Source: Myxococcota bacterium
Lineage (GTDB): Bacteria; Myxococcota_A; Polyangia; Nannocystales; Nannocystaceae
Length of the DNA: 64,000 nt
Reading direction: 5' to 3'
Assembly: GCA_039028615.1 (NCBI GenBank)
Contig: JBCCHT010000047.1
Span: 30,891 to 94,890 of the forward strand
This document shows positions 11,212 to 21,627 of this stretch, one piece after another (the stretch's first letter is position 1; each line of letters opens with the position of its first letter). The position numbers and the translations under genes are program-made. The notes below the pieces were generated by a model that made no database searches, had not been told where the DNA came from, and saw nothing but the letters and a program-made list of their open reading frames with translations.

Positions 11212-11565
11212 CTAGGGGCGCAGCCACTGCTGGATCAGAGGGTTTTCGCCGAGCAGGGTCTCGACCTCCGCGCGTATCGCGGCTACGGCCTCGGGTGAGG
11301 CATCGGGCGGAACGCGAGTGCGCACCGCAGCGTCGATGAGCTGGGTGCGAGCCGTCTGCGAGTCGATCGCGCCCGAGGCCAGCGCGGCGGCAATGGCCTG
11401 CGTAGAGCCCGATTGGGGGGCCGCAGCCGCAGCTTCTGCGGCCGCCGGGCCCTGGACGGCACCCGCCTCGCTCGCGGCCTCGGTGGCTTCCGACGGAGCG
11501 ACGGCATCCGAGCCTCCCACCGGCCCCAGACGATCGGCCGGGTCTGTGTCTCCCGAATTCGGCAT
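11212..11565 (-). CDS. Ala-rich hypothetical protein
   Basis: ORF MPNSGDTDPADR...LLGENPLIQQWLRP fills the gap between neighbours with plausible codon bias. Confidence 0.6.
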   Translation of the reverse strand: MPNSGDTDPADRLGPVGGSDAVAPSEATEAASEAGAVQGPAAAEAAAAAPQSGSTQAIAAALASGAIDSQTARTQLIDAAVRTRVPPDASPEAVAAIRAEVETLLGENPLIQQWLRP

Positions 11566-11795
11566 GTCTCGACGTCGGAGTGTATCATCGGCCCCGATTT
11601 GGTCTCGTTGCACCCGTTCGTTTCGACTCCACGTGGAGTGACCGTCGCCTTCGCCCGGGCGGGGGACACGTGCGCCGCGTCGCCGAGCCTTGTCGCTTCT
11701 ACCGCCAGACACCCACGGGGACCGCAGGGAACGCAGTCCGAGGGGAATGGCCACGTCTGCCCGCGTTGGTACGCAGGGCCCCGCGGGAGCCGCCG

Positions 11796-14717
11796 GTGAA
11801 CCTTCCAATGCAGCTCGGTCCGTACCTGCTGCTCGAGCGCGTGAGCGTCGGCGGCATGGCCGAGGTCTACAAGGCCAAGGAGTACGGCGTCGAGGGTTTC
11901 GAACGAACCGTCGCCGTCAAGCGCATCCTTCCCCACGTCGCCGAGGACGACGAGTTCATCGCGATGTTCAAGGACGAAGCGAAGATCGCCGTCCAGCTCA
12001 ATCACGGCAACATCGCCCAGATTTACAACCTCGGCAACGACCACGACAGCTTCTACATCGCCCTCGAGTACGTCGCCGGGCGAGACCTCCGCGCAATCTT
12101 CCAGCGTGGCCAGCAGCAGGGGCACCCCATGCCCATCGCGCAGGCCTGCTATTGCATCATGAAGATCTGCGAGGGGCTCGACTACGCGCACAACAAGAAG
12201 GACAAGTACAACCGCCCGCTGAGCATCGTGCATCGCGATGTCAGCCCGCCCAACATCCTCGTGTCCTTCGAGGGCGAGGTGAAGCTCATCGACTTCGGCG
12301 TCGCCAAGGCGGCCGGCCGTGCCTCGCGGACGCAGGCCGGCATCCTCAAGGGCAAGTTCGGCTACATGTCCCCCGAGCAGGTCCGCGGCATGCCGCTGGA
12401 CCGCCGCAGCGACGTGTTCTCCGTGGGCGTGGTGCTGTTCGAGATCCTCTGCGGCCAGCGTTTGTTCCAGGCCGAGACCGACTTCGCCACGCTCGAGAAG
12501 GTGCGGGCGGTCGAGGTCCCGCAGCCGTCGGTCATCAACCCGAACATCCCCAAGCCGCTCGAGACCATCATCTACAAGGCGCTCACCCGGGAGCCCGAGC
12601 AGCGCTACCAGTCGGCCATCGAGCTGCACGACGAGCTGCAGGCCTTCATGTTCGCGCAGGGGCTGTTCTACAGCCGCAAGGACCTGGCGGCGTGGATGCG
12701 CGAGAACTACGCCCGGGAGATCGAGGCCGAGAAGGAGAAGACGGCGAGCCAGGCCGATCTTCGCCCCGAGCAGTTCAAGCCCAACGGGGGCAAGCCGCCC
12801 GGGCGGCCGCCTCCACCGCCCGCTCCGGGCCGTCCGCCTCCACCCCCGCCGCGCGGGCGAGCGGGAGGCAAGGCTCCGTCGCCACCCACCGCCGCTCATA
12901 AACCGGTGAGCATCGAGGGCCGGGCCAAGCGAGCACCCAAGCGCAAGACGATGGTCATGACCACGTCGCGCAACCTGCCGCCGCCTCCGGGCAAGCGAGC
13001 GCGGCCGGGGGCCAAGCCTCCTCCCGATCCACCCACGGTGCCTCTGACCTCGCTGCCCAAGCCGGCGAGCGCGGGGCTGCCCAAGCCGGCCAGTGCCGGC
13101 CTGCCCAAGCCGGCCAGCGCGGGTCTGCCCAAGCCGACCAGCTCGGGGCTGCCCAAGCCCCAGGGCGCGCCGAAGCCCAAGCCGCCGGTCAAAGCCACCG
13201 CGAGCTATGCGGCCACCGCCAAGCCGCCCTCCGCCGATCTCGACTGGGACGACGACGAGCTGGAGACCCGGCTCTTCGAGGGGGACGACGACGACCCGGG
13301 CGGCGGGGTGAAGGCCGGCGGAGACGACAGCGGTGTGCCCACCAAGGTGGACCAAGCGTCGCGTCCGCCCGGGCCTACCGTGATCCCGGCCCCGGGCATC
13401 GGAGCCACCACCGACCCGGGTCCCGACAAGGGCATGACCATGGTCCCGGGTCAGGTGATGACCCCGCTGCAGATGCCGGCCTCGCCCGTGCCGTCGCCGG
13501 CGGTACCGGGTCAGCACGCACCTCCGCCCGGCATGGGTATGCCTGGGGCTGCAGCCATGGCGGCTGGAGCGGCGGCCACCGTCGCCCCCGGTGGCGCCGG
13601 GCCGGCTCCTGCGGCGCCCTACGGCGCTCCGCCGCCGTCTGGTGGCATGCCGGCTTCGCCTCCGCCCGCTGCACCTGCGCCCGGGTTCCCCAATGCGCCG
13701 GGCATGGCTCCGGCCGGGGTCGCGCCCGGCATGGTGCCGGCCGGCAACATGCCGCCGCCCGCGGGCATGGCCTACGACTTCGATGATCGCCCGCGCAAGT
13801 CGAACGTGGGGCCGATCATCATCATCGTCGTCGCCCTGCTCGTGCTCTTTGGCGCGGGCCTGGGGAGCTTCTACGTGATGCTCAAGGGCAAGAGCAGCAG
13901 CTCGACCGAGACGGCCGAAGGGGCCGCGAAGGTCGAGGCTCCCGCAGCCGCGGCCCAAGGGGCGCTGACCGTGCAGGTCACTCCGCCCGATGCCCAGGTC
14001 ACCATCGACGACAAGCCGGTGACCGGTGCCCCCGCGGTGACTTCGGTCGCTCCGGGCAAGCACAAGGTCAAGGTGGTGCACCCCGACTATCTCGACTTCG
14101 AGTCGGAGGTCGAGGTCAGCGCGGCGGGCCTGAACCTGCCCATCACCATGCAGCCCAAGAAGGTGCAGCTCACCTTCGAGCTGGTGCCGGCCGAGGCCAC
14201 TGCGAACGTGCTGTCCGGCGGCAAGCCGGTCGGTTCGGGCACCAACGCGGCGCCGCTGGCCATCGAGCGGGTGGCGGGGGCCGAGTACGAGGTCGAGGTC
14301 AGCGCGCCGGGGCACACCTCGCTGCGGCAGCCCTTGGTGTTCACCGGGGAGGCCGCGCAGGCCTTCAAGATGACCCTGACCAAGGCGGGCGGCGACACCA
14401 AGGCGACCACGCCGAAGACGACGCCCAAGCCGTCGACGCCGAAGACGACGCCCAAGCCCACGACGCCGAAGCCCAAGCCGAAGCCCAAACCCAAGCCCAA
14501 GGCAAAGACGGCCACGCTGCGCTTCGCTCCGAAGCCCGGGGTTCCGCCGGCCAAGGTCTACGTCGACGGCAAGTTCGTGGGCACCGTGCCCGTGCTCAAC
14601 GTCGCGGTCACGCCCGGCAAGCACACCGTGAAGTTCACCTGGAGCTCGGGTCGCGCGCCCAAGACCCAGACGGTGACCGTCGGTGACCGCGAGATGAAGA
14701 CGATCCGGCCCGGCTGA
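11796..14717 (+). CDS. Ser/Thr protein kinase with Pro-rich linker, TM helix and extracytoplasmic PEGA-like domains
   Basis: GGMAEVY, VAVKRI, HRDVSPPN, DFG, YMSPEQ; TM IIIIVVALLVLFGAGL; VTPPDAQVTIDD and AKVYVDGKFVG..PGKHTVKF PEGA-like repeats. Confidence 0.93.
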   Translation: MNLPMQLGPYLLLERVSVGGMAEVYKAKEYGVEGFERTVAVKRILPHVAEDDEFIAMFKDEAKIAVQLNHGNIAQIYNLGNDHDSFYIALEYVAGRDLRAIFQRGQQQGHPMPIAQACYCIMKICEGLDYAHNKKDKYNRPLSIVHRDVSPPNILVSFEGEVKLIDFGVAKAAGRASRTQAGILKGKFGYMSPEQVRGMPLDRRSDVFSVGVVLFEILCGQRLFQAETDFATLEKVRAVEVPQPSVINPNIPKPLETIIYKALTREPEQRYQSAIELHDELQAFMFAQGLFYSRKDLAAWMRENYAREIEAEKEKTASQADLRPEQFKPNGGKPPGRPPPPPAPGRPPPPPPRGRAGGKAPSPPTAAHKPVSIEGRAKRAPKRKTMVMTTSRNLPPPPGKRARPGAKPPPDPPTVPLTSLPKPASAGLPKPASAGLPKPASAGLPKPTSSGLPKPQGAPKPKPPVKATASYAATAKPPSADLDWDDDELETRLFEGDDDDPGGGVKAGGDDSGVPTKVDQASRPPGPTVIPAPGIGATTDPGPDKGMTMVPGQVMTPLQMPASPVPSPAVPGQHAPPPGMGMPGAAAMAAGAAATVAPGGAGPAPAAPYGAPPPSGGMPASPPPAAPAPGFPNAPGMAPAGVAPGMVPAGNMPPPAGMAYDFDDRPRKSNVGPIIIIVVALLVLFGAGLGSFYVMLKGKSSSSTETAEGAAKVEAPAAAAQGALTVQVTPPDAQVTIDDKPVTGAPAVTSVAPGKHKVKVVHPDYLDFESEVEVSAAGLNLPITMQPKKVQLTFELVPAEATANVLSGGKPVGSGTNAAPLAIERVAGAEYEVEVSAPGHTSLRQPLVFTGEAAQAFKMTLTKAGGDTKATTPKTTPKPSTPKTTPKPTTPKPKPKPKPKPKAKTATLRFAPKPGVPPAKVYVDGKFVGTVPVLNVAVTPGKHTVKFTWSSGRAPKTQTVTVGDREMKTIRPG
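13053..13160 (+). repeat. 24-bp coding tandem repeat (LPKPASAG x~4.5)
   Basis: ctgcccaagccggc(g/c)ag(c/t)gc.gg repeated in the kinase linker. Confidence 0.9.
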
Positions 14718-14740
14718 GCCCGAGCCCCTTCGAAACGCGG

Positions 14741-14778
14741 CCGGCCGCCGCCCGTTGTTCACGACGGGTCGCGGCCGG
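14741..14778. terminator. GC-rich hairpin between convergent genes
   Basis: ccggccgc..cccgttgt-tc-acgacggg..gcggccgg inverted repeat; no U-tract. Confidence 0.45.
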
Positions 14779-14838
14779 TTCTACGTTGGGCGTGTCGTCT
14801 CCTCGGAGCGACGGCCGCGGGTATGTCTTGGCCCGGGG

Positions 14839-15684
14839 CTAGGGGCTGGGGTCGTCGCTGCGCTCAGGGCCCGACAGCGGGCTCGGGTCGGAGCGAATCA
14901 CCGCCCACACCGAGTCGGGCAGGTAGGGCGCGGCGTCCTTTTGCTCGCGCATGAAGTCCTCGCGCACGCGCTCGATACGGGCGACGGACTCCCGGCTCGT
15001 CAGTGCGCCCAGCTTGCGGCGAAGCAGGCGTCGGTGGTCTTCGTCTTCGGTCTCGACCAGCTGGCTCTCGAGGAACTGAATGGCGAGCTGGTCGGTCACC
15101 CCTTCGGTGATGAGCGTGGCCGCGTAGCGTCGCACCAGCGGGTCGGCCCCGTGCGCCGCAGCGCGACGGATCAGCTCGACGCCCTCGGCCGCGAGCGCCT
15201 CTCTTTGTTCGGGCGTGTACCCGGGGGTCGAAGAGACCTGGTGAGTGAGCAGCATGCCGTGGGCGTAGAGCAGCTCGTGGCTCTCGGGGAACTGCTCGAG
15301 GCCGGAGCGATAGATGGCCGAGGCTCGCTCGACGGCGGGGCGATCGATGCTGCCCGCACCGCCGTAGATGGCCGTGATGCCTCCCCACAAATAGGGACGA
15401 TGGAAGCGAGGCGCCAGCGTGGTGATGCCGACGACGTAGCGCTCGACGAGGCTGGTGTCGGTCTGGCCGAGGCTCTCGCCCGCGAAGATGAGCGCCCGGA
15501 CCCACACGAGGTCAGCGAGCGCTTCGCGGTAGCTCAGGCTGCCCAGCTCGAGGTAGCGGGGCGGCGGGAGCACGGTGAGGTCTTGCTCGGCGGGAAGCTG
15601 CGCGCGGCGTTCATCGACCCGCCCGTGCATGATGCCGGTCAGCGCGACCAACACGGGCAAGGCGAGCAGGGCGACGAGGCGCAC
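14839..15684 (-). CDS. PilG-like (myxobacterial type) pilus accessory protein
   Basis: N-terminal TM, LGSLSYREALADLVWVRALIFAG, TLAPRF..PY..G, helical repeats; directly downstream of pilA as pilG is in Myxococcus. Start GTG 15684 estimated. Confidence 0.6.
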   Translation of the reverse strand: MRLVALLALPVLVALTGIMHGRVDERRAQLPAEQDLTVLPPPRYLELGSLSYREALADLVWVRALIFAGESLGQTDTSLVERYVVGITTLAPRFHRPYLWGGITAIYGGAGSIDRPAVERASAIYRSGLEQFPESHELLYAHGMLLTHQVSSTPGYTPEQREALAAEGVELIRRAAAHGADPLVRRYAATLITEGVTDQLAIQFLESQLVETEDEDHRRLLRRKLGALTSRESVARIERVREDFMREQKDAAPYLPDSVWAVIRSDPSPLSGPERSDDPSP

Positions 15685-15700
15685 ACCCGATGATAGCCAC

Positions 15701-15741
15701 AAAAAAGGAAAGGGCGAGGTCGCCGTTCGGCAACCTCGCCC
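15701..15741 (-). terminator. Intrinsic terminator after major pilin
   Basis: Minus strand GGGCGAGGTTGCCG-AA-CGGCGACCTCGCCC followed by TTTCCTTTTTT. Confidence 0.85.
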
Positions 15742-15778
15742 GAGTCGGGGATGGCCCCAGACTTTCCCAGTCGGATGC

Positions 15779-16435
15779 TTACTCGACCTCTTGGTCCATG
15801 TAGAGACCGGCGGCCGCGTTCACGCCGTTCTGGTCGGCAGCGCCCGAGCGCTCGTAGGTGGAGTAGACGGTGGCGTCGCCGTCGAGGTCACCGAAGGCCT
15901 GCGCGGTGAACTGGCACTCACCGAAGCCCGTGCCCGAGTTGCTGGCCATGAAGTTGTAGTGGAAGTAGTGCGCCTGCTCCTGCTGGAAGTTCAGGGCGTT
16001 CCACACGGTGTTGTTGGCCCACAGGTCGATTTCGTAGTAGCCGGCACCACCGCCGCCGTCACTGGGGACGCAGCGACCACCCGGGCCGAGGTTGCAGTCG
16101 AGGGCCAGCGGAGGCGTGATCTCGGCTGCGCTGGCGCCCGTCTCTTCGCCGTTTTGATGGGGGCAGCGGTGCGGCGCGAGGTCGGAGATGTTGGCACCAC
16201 CGCCGATGACCTGCACCTGGCCACGGTCGACGTGCTCTTCGTTGAAGTACGAAGAAGCGGCGTCGAAGAGCTTGGCGATCTGCACCCGTGCCTCGCTGGT
16301 CTTACTGCGACGCATGTATTTGGTGAGGGCGGGGACCGCAATCGCGGCGAGGATGCCCAGGATCGCCACGACGATCATCAACTCGATGAGAGTGAAACCG
16401 CGTGCCTTTTGAAACTTCTTGATGTCCACGTACAT
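15779..16435 (-). CDS. pilA: Type IVa pilin (likely major pilin)
   Basis: KARG/FTLIELMIVVAILGILAAIAVP prepilin motif with E5, RRSKTSEAR, C-terminal FTAQAFGDLDGD. Confidence 0.9.
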   Translation of the reverse strand: MYVDIKKFQKARGFTLIELMIVVAILGILAAIAVPALTKYMRRSKTSEARVQIAKLFDAASSYFNEEHVDRGQVQVIGGGANISDLAPHRCPHQNGEETGASAAEITPPLALDCNLGPGGRCVPSDGGGGAGYYEIDLWANNTVWNALNFQQEQAHYFHYNFMASNSGTGFGECQFTAQAFGDLDGDATVYSTYERSGAADQNGVNAAAGLYMDQEVE

Positions 16436-16547
16436 GATGCTGCCGTCCTGTTCCCGTCTGTCCGTTTTGTCCGTCTGTCCGTCTGGGACGAGTCCGCCCC
16501 CCGCGAATGCGTAACGAAAGTCTTTGTGTTTGGTGTGCGAGACCGAC

Positions 16548-17219
16548 TTACTCGTTCTCGCGATAGAAGCCGGTTGCGTCGGTGGAGTAGTTCACCTGGT
16601 CTTCGTAGTGATTGATGGTGAACGCCCAGTAGTTGCCGTCGAAGTCGAAGTCACAGAGCGCGTAGGCGTAAAACCAGTCGCGCGCCCAGTAGGCATCGGA
16701 TCCGGCGGGGAAGATCTGGTTGGCGAGAGTCTCGGAGGGAGGCTCGTCAGCCGTGGCCGGGTCGGTGGAGTCGGTGCCGTGTCCGGAGACCGTCGCGTAG
16801 CCGCACCACGAGTTGCCACCGTCGGGGAGGAAGCGCAGAGCGTCGAAGCCGTGGACCGCTGCGCCGCCGCGGAAGAACTCGGCGTCGCCCTGAGCGGCCA
16901 GCGTGTAGCCGGCATCGGCGACGTTCCACTGTACGGGGCCTTGCTCGACCGCGATGTTCGTCGCCAGCGGGTACGTGCACGCAGCCCCTTCGCAGTCGGA
17001 GCTGCTGGCGTAGTGGCCTTGCACGGCGCGGAAGCTGCGTTGCTTGAGCGAGAGGTTCGACAGGTCCGAGATCACCTCGGTCTTGTGCGCGTTGCGTACA
17101 TGTCGTGAATAGGCCGCGATCGCGACGGCAGCCAGCACGCCCAAGATGACCACCACCATCATCAGCTCGATCAGCGTGAAGCCGTAGGAGCTTCGTGCGC
17201 GCTGAGGGGGGTGGGTCAC
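16548..17219 (-). CDS. Second type IV pilin-like protein
   Basis: SYG/FTLIELMMVVVILGVLAAVAI prepilin motif, four Cys, C-terminal ALCDFDFDG; start GTG 17219 chosen because ATG 17237 lies inside the sigma54 site. Confidence 0.85.
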   Translation of the reverse strand: MTHPPQRARSSYGFTLIELMMVVVILGVLAAVAIAAYSRHVRNAHKTEVISDLSNLSLKQRSFRAVQGHYASSSDCEGAACTYPLATNIAVEQGPVQWNVADAGYTLAAQGDAEFFRGGAAVHGFDALRFLPDGGNSWCGYATVSGHGTDSTDPATADEPPSETLANQIFPAGSDAYWARDWFYAYALCDFDFDGNYWAFTINHYEDQVNYSTDATGFYRENE

Positions 17220-17232
17220 GGATTGTTCAGTA

Positions 17233-17248
17233 AGCATGTGGCGTGCCA
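17233..17248 (-). promoter_or_regulatory. Sigma54 (-24/-12) promoter for the pilin genes
   Basis: Minus strand TGGCAC-GCCAC-ATGCT, matching TGGCAC-N5-TTGC spacing; between pilR and pilins. Confidence 0.78.
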
Positions 17249-17532
17249 TTTGGATCACGAGAAGTTTGATCGGTAGTTGGAGCGACTCGTCGGAAACGTG
17301 ACGGCATGGGAGGCCGTAGATTGTCGGCCCAAGGGACAAAAATTGTCACCGCGTACCGAGCGCAAAATGCCCTGAAACGGTCGATAACGGGCGAAATAAG
17401 GGGTTCCTGCACTCGAACACCTACCGTGACCCACGAGGTACGAGCGCCATCATGCGCCATGGATGCGCCCGCGTTTGTGTGCACTGTACGAGTGCGCCGC
17501 ACTCCGTCGCGCATGGCGACGGACGTGGGTGT

Positions 17533-18945
17533 CTAGGCGTCTCGATCGCCGCCGCGAGCGACCTGGATCCCGAGCTTCTCCAGCCGGTAGCGCAGCGATC
17601 GAAAGCTGATCCCGAGCAGCTTGGCCGCGTCCTTGCGGACGCCTTTGGAGCGCTGGAGCGCGGCGCCGATGAGGTGCCGCTCGAGATCGGCGACCGCCTG
17701 CTCGAGGTCGATGCCGTCTTCGCCGAGCGTGGGCATGGTGGCCGAGCTTTGCTGCGCGGTGGCCTTGCGCGTGGGCAGGTTGGCGGCGCTCAAGCGGGGC
17801 CCGGCCTCCAGGGCCACGGCGCGCTCGACCAGGTTCTCGAGCTCGCGAATGTTGCCCGGGTAATCGTGCTGGAGGAACCAGTCCATGGCCTCGGGGGTGA
17901 GCCCATCGAGGTTGCGCCCGAGCTCGCGGTTGAGGCGTTCGAAGAAACGCTCGACCAGCGGGGCCACGTCTTCGGGGCGGTGTCGTAGCGGGGGCAGGAC
18001 GACCTGCACGACGTCGAGTCGGAAGTACAGGTCGCGGCGAAACTCGCCGGAGTCGATGGCCGCTTCGAGGTCGCGGTTGGTCGCCGCCACCACCCGGCAA
18101 TCGACGTCGAGCTCGAGGTCGCCGCCCACCGGTCGGATCTTCCGCTCCTGGAGGGCGCGCAGCAGCTTGACCTGCATCGGCAGGCTGAGGTCGCCGATCT
18201 CGTCGAGGAAGAGCGTGCCCTCGCGGGCGGCTTCGAAGACGCCGTCCCGCTTGCTCGCAGCCCCCGTAAACGCCCCTTTGACGTGCCCGAACAGCTCGGA
18301 CTCCATCAGGTTTTCGGGGATGGCCCCACAGTTGACGGCGACGAAGGGCCCCTGGGCGCGGTCGCTGAGGTTGTGCAGCGCCCGGGCCACGAGCTCCTTA
18401 CCCGTGCCCGACTCGCCACGAATGAGGACGTTGGTGCGCGTGGGCGCGACCCGACGCAGCAGCTCGAAGACCTTCTGCATGGACTCCGAGCGACCGATCA
18501 TACCGTCGAGACGCTGGACGCTGCGGAGCTCGTCGCGCAGCCGCTGGTTCTCCGAGCCGAGGTCGACGCGCTCGAGCGCCCGCTGGACCACGACCTGGAT
18601 CTCGTCGACCTTGAAGGGCTTGGTCAGGTAGTCGTAGGCGCCGAGCTTCATCGCTTCGACCGCGGTATCGGTCGTGGCGAAGGCGGTGATCATGATGACC
18701 AGGGGAGGCTCGGGTCGCGTGCTCAGCTTGCGCAGCAGCTCCATGCCATCCATGCCCGGCATGGTCAGGTCGGTGATGACGAGATCGACCGGGTGCTGCT
18801 CGAGGTAGGCGAGGGCCTGCTCGCCGCCGGGTGCCGCGTCGACCGAGTGCCCCGCACGTCGCAGGCAGATCGCGAGAAACTCCCGCATGCTGGGCTCGTC
18901 GTCGACGACGAGGATCTTGGCGTTGCGACCGGCGGCTCCGTTCAT
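17533..18945 (-). CDS. pilR: Sigma54-dependent response regulator (NtrC family), PilR-like
   Basis: Receiver (ILVVDDE, DLTMP, KPF), GESGTGKE, GAFTGA, LFLDEIG, YPGNIREL, Fis HTH LGISFRSLRYRLEK; adjacent to pilins. Confidence 0.88.
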   Translation of the reverse strand: MNGAAGRNAKILVVDDEPSMREFLAICLRRAGHSVDAAPGGEQALAYLEQHPVDLVITDLTMPGMDGMELLRKLSTRPEPPLVIMITAFATTDTAVEAMKLGAYDYLTKPFKVDEIQVVVQRALERVDLGSENQRLRDELRSVQRLDGMIGRSESMQKVFELLRRVAPTRTNVLIRGESGTGKELVARALHNLSDRAQGPFVAVNCGAIPENLMESELFGHVKGAFTGAASKRDGVFEAAREGTLFLDEIGDLSLPMQVKLLRALQERKIRPVGGDLELDVDCRVVAATNRDLEAAIDSGEFRRDLYFRLDVVQVVLPPLRHRPEDVAPLVERFFERLNRELGRNLDGLTPEAMDWFLQHDYPGNIRELENLVERAVALEAGPRLSAANLPTRKATAQQSSATMPTLGEDGIDLEQAVADLERHLIGAALQRSKGVRKDAAKLLGISFRSLRYRLEKLGIQVARGGDRDA

Positions 18946-18960
18946 GCGACCGCCTCAACC

Positions 18961-19707
18961 CTACACGCTCGGCGGACCGGGCAGCCGCGGCGGGGTCAGC
19001 CGCCGGAACACGACGACCAGATGCGCCGCGAATCGCCGCAGCAGCGGCTGATCGCGCCCGTACCACTCCAAGCGGGTCAGCACGCGACCGAGGATGGGGA
19101 GTGCCAGCAGATGGGAAGAGGGCACCACCAGGCCCACCCCGTGGAGATCGATGGGCGTCAGTGTGGGAGGTAGACGCTCGATTACGCGACCGAGAACGTC
19201 GAACCGCGTCAGTCCACGGGGTGAATCGATGACCAGTGGCCCGCGGCCGAGGCTACGACCGAGCCGCCGCAGACCATGATAGAGGCCGAAGGGGCTGCGA
19301 GCATTGTCGAGTTGGAGCACCGCGATGCCGCCGGGCGCCAACAGCCGAGAAAGCTCGATCAGGGCGGAGTCCAAGGCATCGACCGACGTTCGTGGATCTC
19401 GGCCCAGGTGGGGCAAGGTGCGCAGAGAGTAGACGCAGTCGTAGTTGGCGTCCGGGAGCGGAACTCGGATTTCACCTCCCCGGCCCAGGTCGACCGCATC
19501 GACGACATCGAGTCGTGCCGCCCGGTCGCCGACCCACTCGGTCACCGCTGGCGCGCCGCGGCCCAGGTCGAGCACTCGCCGTCCGGTCGCGTGCCGCAAG
19601 ACGACCTCGCCCGCAAGTCGATCGACCAACCCGGTCAAACGGTCCGACTCGCGGGGGAGCAGGGCGGGTCGGTCCTCCAGCCCCACGGGCGCCAGGATCT
19701 GGGGCAT
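18961..19707 (-). CDS. Class I SAM-methyltransferase-like protein
   Basis: RVLDLGRG, PLPDANYDCVYSLRTLPHL, ELSRLLAPGG. Confidence 0.7.
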   Translation of the reverse strand: MPQILAPVGLEDRPALLPRESDRLTGLVDRLAGEVVLRHATGRRVLDLGRGAPAVTEWVGDRAARLDVVDAVDLGRGGEIRVPLPDANYDCVYSLRTLPHLGRDPRTSVDALDSALIELSRLLAPGGIAVLQLDNARSPFGLYHGLRRLGRSLGRGPLVIDSPRGLTRFDVLGRVIERLPPTLTPIDLHGVGLVVPSSHLLALPILGRVLTRLEWYGRDQPLLRRFAAHLVVVFRRLTPPRLPGPPSV

Positions 19708-19796
19708 TGCCCCCCGGGGCCGCGGAGGTCCATTCGTTGACCCGCTCACAGCGCCCATGGTACGCCTGCTTCAGCCTTTAGGAGCCCAAACAAACT

Positions 19797-20801
<1,005 letters not shown>

Positions 20802-20871
20802 CCCGCGCCGCACCTCGGCCGCACGCCGGCGCCGTCCCACCGACGGCGCCGTCGTCGTTTAATCCCTCAGC

Positions 20872-21525
20872 TCATCGAGTGATGGGGATCTCGGCGGGCG
20901 TGAACGCGGGGCTGCGGCCGTAGCAGTTGCCGTCGTGCGCCTCGGACAGCGGGGTCGAGTCATCGGGGAAGCCGGGCACCGGACCCTCGAGGACCAGCGT
21001 GCCCTGGCCCTTGGTCTTGCCCGGTCGGAAGCGAAGCTTGGTCTCGACGTCGACCGAGGTGGGGGTCAGCCACTCGCAGTCGCCCGGCTCCCGACATCCG
21101 CGGGTATCGCCTTCGGGGTAGGTGGCCACCTGGTAGAAGACGTCGACGATGGTGTCGCCGGTATCGGGGGCGGCCGGACACACCAGCAGGTCATTGATGG
21201 CGAGGCGGTGCCCGCGGCCATCGACACATGCCGCCGAGCGCGTGCCGTGGGCGGCGGCCGCGGTGAGCAGGCGCGACACTTCCTGGGTGATCGCCAACGG
21301 CGCTTCGCAGTTGCTCGGGATGGGGAAATCCTTGGCCGGTCGCACCGCGGTGGCGGTGCTGGTGGCGGGCTCGGCCGGTTCCGCGGTCGACGGTTCGGGC
21401 GTGGGGTCGACGTCGGGCACGCGGGGCGTCACGCTCGGCTCGGGGCACTCAGGCTGGCTTTGGGGAGCGCACGCGAGGCCGAGGAGCGCGAGCGCCGGCA
21501 GCAGCAGTGACCGTGGTGGTGTCAT
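20872..21525 (-). CDS. Cys-containing hypothetical lipoprotein
   Basis: Signal peptide with LGLAC lipobox, Pro/Thr linker, several further Cys. Confidence 0.7.
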   Translation of the reverse strand: MTPPRSLLLPALALLGLACAPQSQPECPEPSVTPRVPDVDPTPEPSTAEPAEPATSTATAVRPAKDFPIPSNCEAPLAITQEVSRLLTAAAAHGTRSAACVDGRGHRLAINDLLVCPAAPDTGDTIVDVFYQVATYPEGDTRGCREPGDCEWLTPTSVDVETKLRFRPGKTKGQGTLVLEGPVPGFPDDSTPLSEAHDGNCYGRSPAFTPAEIPITR

Positions 21526-21627
21526 GCGGCGAGCATAGACCGGCCAAGGTTTCGCGGACAGCGGCGTACGGGCGCGTGTGAGAGGTCATCGTCTCAAAAC
21601 CATCGTTCGTGGCATGGTCCGCGCTCG

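Noticed and set aside
12780..14500. Pro/Lys/Ala coding repeats as a novel system
   Set aside because: Low-complexity linkers are routine in myxobacterial kinases and RomR.
11283..14762. 1159-aa minus-strand ORF
   Set aside because: Antisense shadow of the PEGA kinase.
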